A DNA stretch of 64,000 nt from Anthoceros angustus (lineage: Eukaryota; Plantae; Anthocerotophyta). The stretch's first letter is position 1. Each line of letters begins with the position of its first letter. Of the stretch, positions 59,001-64,000 are shown in pieces. The position numbers and the translations under genes were made by a program. The notes below the pieces were generated by a model. The model saw only the letters and a list, made by a program, of their open reading frames with translations. It did not search any database and was not told the origin of the DNA. The DNA lies in assembly GCA_010909165.1 (NCBI GenBank), contig VJWM01000226.1:231605-295604 (forward strand). Reading direction: 5' to 3'.

Positions 59001-60499
59001 TGCGTCACAATAAGGTGATAGGTGGGGACTATATAATGGAAGCCGCTGGCTATTGGTGACGTGGAAGGACAAACCGCACGCCGCATGCTATAAAGTAGGG
59101 GTAAAAGAGCCGCGCTATTTACACGATAGTAAATACATAGTACCGCATCATGAATATGTATAAATAAAGGTAATGATGGAATACGATAGTATACAAACTT
59201 ATTTTATATGAAATTGAATACGCCTTATAGCACTTAGAATAATATATTACATTTATCGAGACTACATGTGTATAGTATAAGGATGTATTCGATGTGTATT
59301 TATATATGGTCGATTGAAGGGGACATGGTAACTACCAAGTAAAACGTGGTATTGCAAGGGCAAAAGTAAAAGGAATAGTGGATGGGGAGGAGGTTGCACC
59401 AAGCCTCCAAAAGTGTTACAAGACCTCTCTTGTAACATTTTTAGATGTTGCAATCATGTTGCAATTTTGAGAGAGGCAAAACCACCTCTCACTTCATCTT
59501 AACATAATTGCAACACCATTGCAACATGATTGCAACAACGGCCGTGGTATGGTTTCCAAGCCAAAGTGTAACAAGGGGCTGTGTTACATGACCCCAAAAT
59601 TGCAACATGAGTGTTACATCCAGGGGTCCAAATCTTAACATAAAGTGTAACATAGGGTGCCCTTTTCTAGTAGGGGTGGTTACATAGAAGTAGCTAGTTC
59701 TTCGTCGGACCAGTTAAGGTCACACTGCTGTACACACTACACACGAAGAACAAGGCCTAGAAGCTCCACTTCAAGCTCTGACAACTGCTGATACCACCGT
59801 ATAGACCAACAGCTGCTTCCAACTTGTCCAACAAAATCCTGTATGCTACCTGCTCATCTAACAGCCATTCCCACACACGTTTGTATGAAATGCAGTGTTG
59901 TACTACTACTGCACAGCTGGGCTACAAGTCGAGGTCGAAGCAGAGTGGATCTTGCCTCCCCACAAGCACTCCTGTCCTTCGTGATCCGGCCGGGCAAGAA
60001 TACCTCTTGGATGCCTCCAGCCACGTCGATGGCGATGGGCTTCAGGGCGCCCTAGATGGTGAGGAAGAAAATGGTCAGAGGAGCATATCCCAGGCCTGTA
60101 CCTTGTGCATTCTGCTACCCGATGTATGCCATGAAGATATTGTGGCACTCCAACGTGAACATCTTCTTGCCTTCTATGGCCTAACCGATTGAGACAAAAA
60201 AACAGCAAATGTATGTGAGCTGCAATACGTACATGGTATGCTTCGCGCTTGAGCCACCACAGGCAGAAGATATCTAGCAATCGTGGAGGTTGGTGCGCGG
60301 AGCTTTAATTACTTGACGCTACTATGCCCATCCCGCGAAGGCCCGCTGCTCAATTTCGGGTTGGTGTCTATCAACCGCTGAAAAACTCGAAGGAAGGAAG
60401 GTTGAAGTTTCTGCTTATGGCAAAACAATGGATTTCCACTATTGCCATGAATGAGATCGTAGTGAGCAACAAACCTCTGAATGGAAATGACCAAGAGGT

Positions 60500-60720
60500 T
60501 GTGAAAATGACTAATGTACCGCTTGCCTCAAGGCTCGGGCTCTGAAAAATAGCAAGTTCTTCCTCAAGACTTAAGGTCACACCGTGACACACTACACATT
60601 AAAGAACAAGACCTAGAAGCTCCACTTCAAGGTCCGACAACGATACCACCGATAGACCAACAAATGCTTCCAACTTATCCAACAAAATCCCAGACGCTGA
60701 CGTGTTCATCTAACGCCCAT
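60500..60720 (+). repeat. Uninterrupted paralog of the sequence split by the 14-kb CACTA insertion
   Basis: AAAATGAC..ATGTACCGCTTGCCTC..AAGGCTC matches 45627-45667. TTAAGGTCACAC...CACACTACAC...AAGAACAAG.CCTAGAAGCTCCACTTCAAG matches 59714-59776. Confidence 0.85.
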
Positions 60721-61169
60721 TCCTCGATTGACACTCTAGTCTTCTTGTCAACACAAAGAATGACCTGCAATTTACGAGATTCATCCCACGAATACTTCTT
60801 TTCTAGCTTTAAGAGCTGCCTCACCACTATGACTTGGCAATGGATGTGTGACAAACGAAGGACTTTCCTTTGATGACGCTGGCGGTGAAGGCACTTTCAT
60901 CCTCCTTCGCACCTTCGATTCTTCCAATCCTCCGACATTTCCTCAAAACCTACACAGCAGTCACCTCCCTGGTGCCCAAAGGGTCCCCACGGTTTGGGGC
61001 CTACCCCACAAGACATCTTTAATGGTCTGCGGTCGAATTGATGACCAGGGTTTTCACAAGCCGTAGACTCAACATTGTTCGCCATCTTCCTTCCCCCCCA
61101 AGCTACCCCTCCCTCACAGGACAGCTAACCCTCTCCTAGCACGTCCCACCCGATGCGCATGGAGTCACA

Positions 61170-61350
61170 CCACTGCCCACGCACACCCGCACCCCCACAC
61201 ACAGCCGCACCCACACCCTAAAACCCGCACACGCACCCGCACTCCCACCCACACCCACACCCACACCCACACCCGCACCCACACCCGCACCCACACCCAC
61301 ACCCTAAACCCCAAACACCCGCACTCACCCACACCCACACCTAAACCCCA
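61170..61350. repeat. (CACACC/CCCGCA)n low-complexity microsatellite
   Basis: Read directly. Confidence 0.9.
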
Positions 61351-62089
61351 AACACCCGACCAGACCATTGAGCCGATTTTCACATCCGAGGCCCCTCCCA
61401 CTTATTACATGACGGCGAGCAATCGCTGCCCGCCATACAATATCTATCTCCAAAAACAAGGATTGGCCAAAACTGAACCTCTTTATCACCACTTACCCCG
61501 GTCAATGACCACTTTCTTGCCCTTTTTCATACACTGTGGTTAGCTCTCACCTTGCAATTAATTTTTATACTATGACTTTTATAGAATACATATTTTTCAT
61601 ATACATTCCCATGTATGTAAAACTCTTTTAACTTCACTTTTCATTAAATCTCATCACATATATTTTTCTAAAATTATTTTAGCCAAGGACATGATTTTCT
61701 CAAGAAGTAAATCATCCTTAATTTCTTACCGTGAATCATTTTTCACATTTTCTTTTGCTGCTAATTCTATAGACCTCAACACTATCTACAACTTTGCTTC
61801 ACATTGTACAACAGAACTCGAATGAAGGTCCTTCTTTTCAAATCCTTGTACTAAAACTATTTATGAGCTTTGTCATTTTTTATATCCTTCATGCTCCATC
61901 CAATGAAGATGAGACTTGATAAGTGTGCTTCATACTACCTCTTGAGAGCACTCAAAAAATAGGGAGTCTAATATTGTTGTCATTTGTGAGATATTTTAAA
62001 TTCTTCTAAAGGTGACAAAAAGTGACACGTTGCCCTTGTTTCGTCTGTTACCACTAATAGTGAATAACCAAACCATGCATGGACCCCAT

Positions 62090-64000
62090 ACGCTAGCTCT
62101 ATCTCCTTGGATTGAACTTCTCTCTGATGAAGTGATGCTTTATTTCAATGTGTTTCTTCCTCACGTGAAAAGTAGCATTCTTCGCTAAGTAAATGCAACC
62201 CTGATTGTCCTTGAAGATGGCACCCTTCTGCTTAAATCCCATTTCTTCGAGCAATTGTCATAGCCATATTGCTTCCATAGTTGCAGCAGATATTGCTATG
62301 TACTTAGCTTCTGTAGAGGACAGAGCCACAGTAGGCTGATGCCTACTACTCTCCATGAAATGGCTCCCCCAAATAGCATAAACACATATCCTGTGGTAGA
62401 CTTGCAGCCATCGACATCTCTAGCCCAATCTGAATCACAAAATCCAACCACCGGCTTCTTCATGATCCTTTTGGTATTTCAACTTCAATGTTTTGTGCCG
62501 CAAGTATCCGAATATCCTCTTGAGCTTGATAATTGTTGTCCGTGGTTGGCCAAGAATCGACTCACAACTCCCACCGCCTGCAATGTCGGGCCTTGTCCTG
62601 TTGCCAAATATGTAAGATAGCCAACAAGACGTTGATAGAGAGTCTTATCTATCTTCTCTTCTCCTTTTCGTAGGGCTCATCTCTGCGATAGCTTCTCATT
62701 GAAGATCATTTGCCTTCATGGGTTTGCAATCTTGCATGCCAAACGCTCCAATATGGTCTCCACATATGTTTGTTGGCTCAAAGAGATGCTTTGTTAGCCC
62801 TATTCCTTTCCACCTTTATTCCTAGGAATAGTGGAGCTCACCCAAATCTCTCATGTCAAAGCTTGCATTAAGGCTTTGCTTTGATCGAGTCTAAGAGTTC
62901 CATGTCATTGCTAGCAATAATCAAATCGTCACATAGACAATAATGATAATTATGGATTCTCCCACTCTTCACATAGATATTCCAATCGATTGGTCTTCTT
63001 GAAACTTTAGACTCTACCTCGATGATCTTGGTATTTCAGATCCCTCCGGTTGGTCCATGTAGATCTCTTCATCCAGATCTCCATTCAGAACGCGTAACAT
63101 CCATATGATGTATCTCCATGTCGGCGCGATAGCTAGGAGAGCTCGGATAGATGCTATCTTAGCGGGGAGAAGGTATCGATAATCCACACGGGACTTGTGT
63201 ATATCCTTTCCCCACTGCCTTGCCTTGTAGCGCTCTATGCTTCCATCGGCCTTGCGCTTAATCTTGAATGTCCACTTTGATCCTATGCTCTTCCTTCCGT
63301 GAGGTAGAGGAGTGATTGCCCAAGTTTTGTTCTTGAGAAGAGAGTTATACTCACGTCCACGCTTCTTTCCACTCCTTTGCCTTTGGTCCTTCCAATGCTT
63401 CCTTAGGCTTTGTGGTTCGCAAGATCCGCCAACCATGCCTCCTCATACACATGCATTCATGGATTCCAAGATCTTCTGAAGGTTTCCATTGTCTCGTTGA
63501 TCTTCTCAAGATTGGTTGTGTACAAAGTGCCACACTTGATCCACGAGCTAACACAAGAGAACCTTTGGAGATCTTCCAAGAGTGATCCCAAACCGGTGGT
63601 AACGCATCATCAATCCATCTGCGCTAATCATGCTCTTTGTCAACTTGAACATGCCTAACGTCCTTGACATGAATGAAGATCCGTTGTCAAACTTGAGTTG
63701 CACATCACCTCGCTGCGATCGGCATGCATAGTTATTTCAAGCCTAACGCATCCTTTCCTTGTAGCATCATCGTGCTAAACCACTCTCTGCGGAGTAACAT
63801 GGAAAGATGCACGAGTCAATTATCCAATTGCGGAATAAATGACTATCCACGGTACATTGTGCGGCATTCAAGTAAGAAGAGATAAGGACATCTCGTCCTC
63901 AGCGAGTTTAACTCTTCCAACTGACGACAAGTCGCCTTGTCTGTCCTTCTTCTCTTTTCCTTGGTCCTTTTGAACTTCTACTCTCTTTTGAAGTGACCCC
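62090..64000 (-). mobile_element. Ty1/copia internal fragment (CCHC, protease, RT, RNase H) with the integrase deleted; continues beyond the window
   Basis: Minus strand: GHFKRE.., IIDS, WKISKGSLVLARG..GTLYTT, joined directly to LRRSTR..., EYNSLLKNKTW.ITPLP.GRK.IGSKWTFKIKRKADGSIERYKAR, LNGDLDEEIYMDQPEG, QPTVALSSTEA.YIA, KHIEIKHHFIREK. Confidence 0.9.

Larger units (their letters stand above)
45672..59675 (+). mobile_element. Complete ~14.0-kb CACTA/EnSpm (CMC) DNA transposon, decayed
   Basis: Left end CTCTACTAGAAAAGGCACCCTATGTT; right end reverse-complements to CCCTACTAGAAAAGGGCACCCTATGTT. TGTTGCA/TGTAAC subterminal repeats at both ends. GT flanks both sides. Internal TnpD-like transposase. 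The flanks rejoin to match a paralog at about 60505-60700. Confidence 0.9.

Noticed and set aside
59824-61100. Coding-like fragments flanking the CACTA right end
   Set aside because: Short, frameshifted and duplicated; no identity could be assigned, so they were used only as empty-site evidence.

Overview
Eukaryotic nuclear DNA from a seed-free land plant; a hornwort is the most likely source (inference from the WW-type PLS-PPR gene, the short introns and the dense gene packing). Bases 1-12.4 kb are a compact gene island: a PLS-class PPR editing-factor gene, GCR1, CCS, a PH1-like gene and a DREB2-type AP2/ERF gene. The remaining ~51 kb is mostly nested and decayed transposable elements around one intact polyphenol oxidase (PPO) gene. 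The elements are three Ty1/copia fragments, CACTA ends, a probable Helitron, the 3' part of a CRE-like RLE non-LTR retrotransposon, tandem and minisatellite arrays, a degenerate RING-finger gene, a Sola2-like DDD transposase pseudogene, and a complete ~14 kb CACTA element with matching TIRs. The CACTA element has an apparent 2-bp TSD and an empty-site paralog nearby. Three observations stand out. (i) The Sola2-like transposase sits next to a 2.2-kb inverted-repeat-bounded module with five copies of a ~24-bp GC palindrome and two tRNA-like A/B-box pairs. (ii) The PPO is short and predicted to be secreted; it lacks the C-terminal shielding domain, the thioether Cys and the gate Phe. (iii) A CRE-like element appears in a land plant. 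Repeat copies contain many 1-2 bp indels, so some frameshifts and tandem duplications may be long-read assembly errors. All family assignments come from motif recognition by eye; no database search was run.
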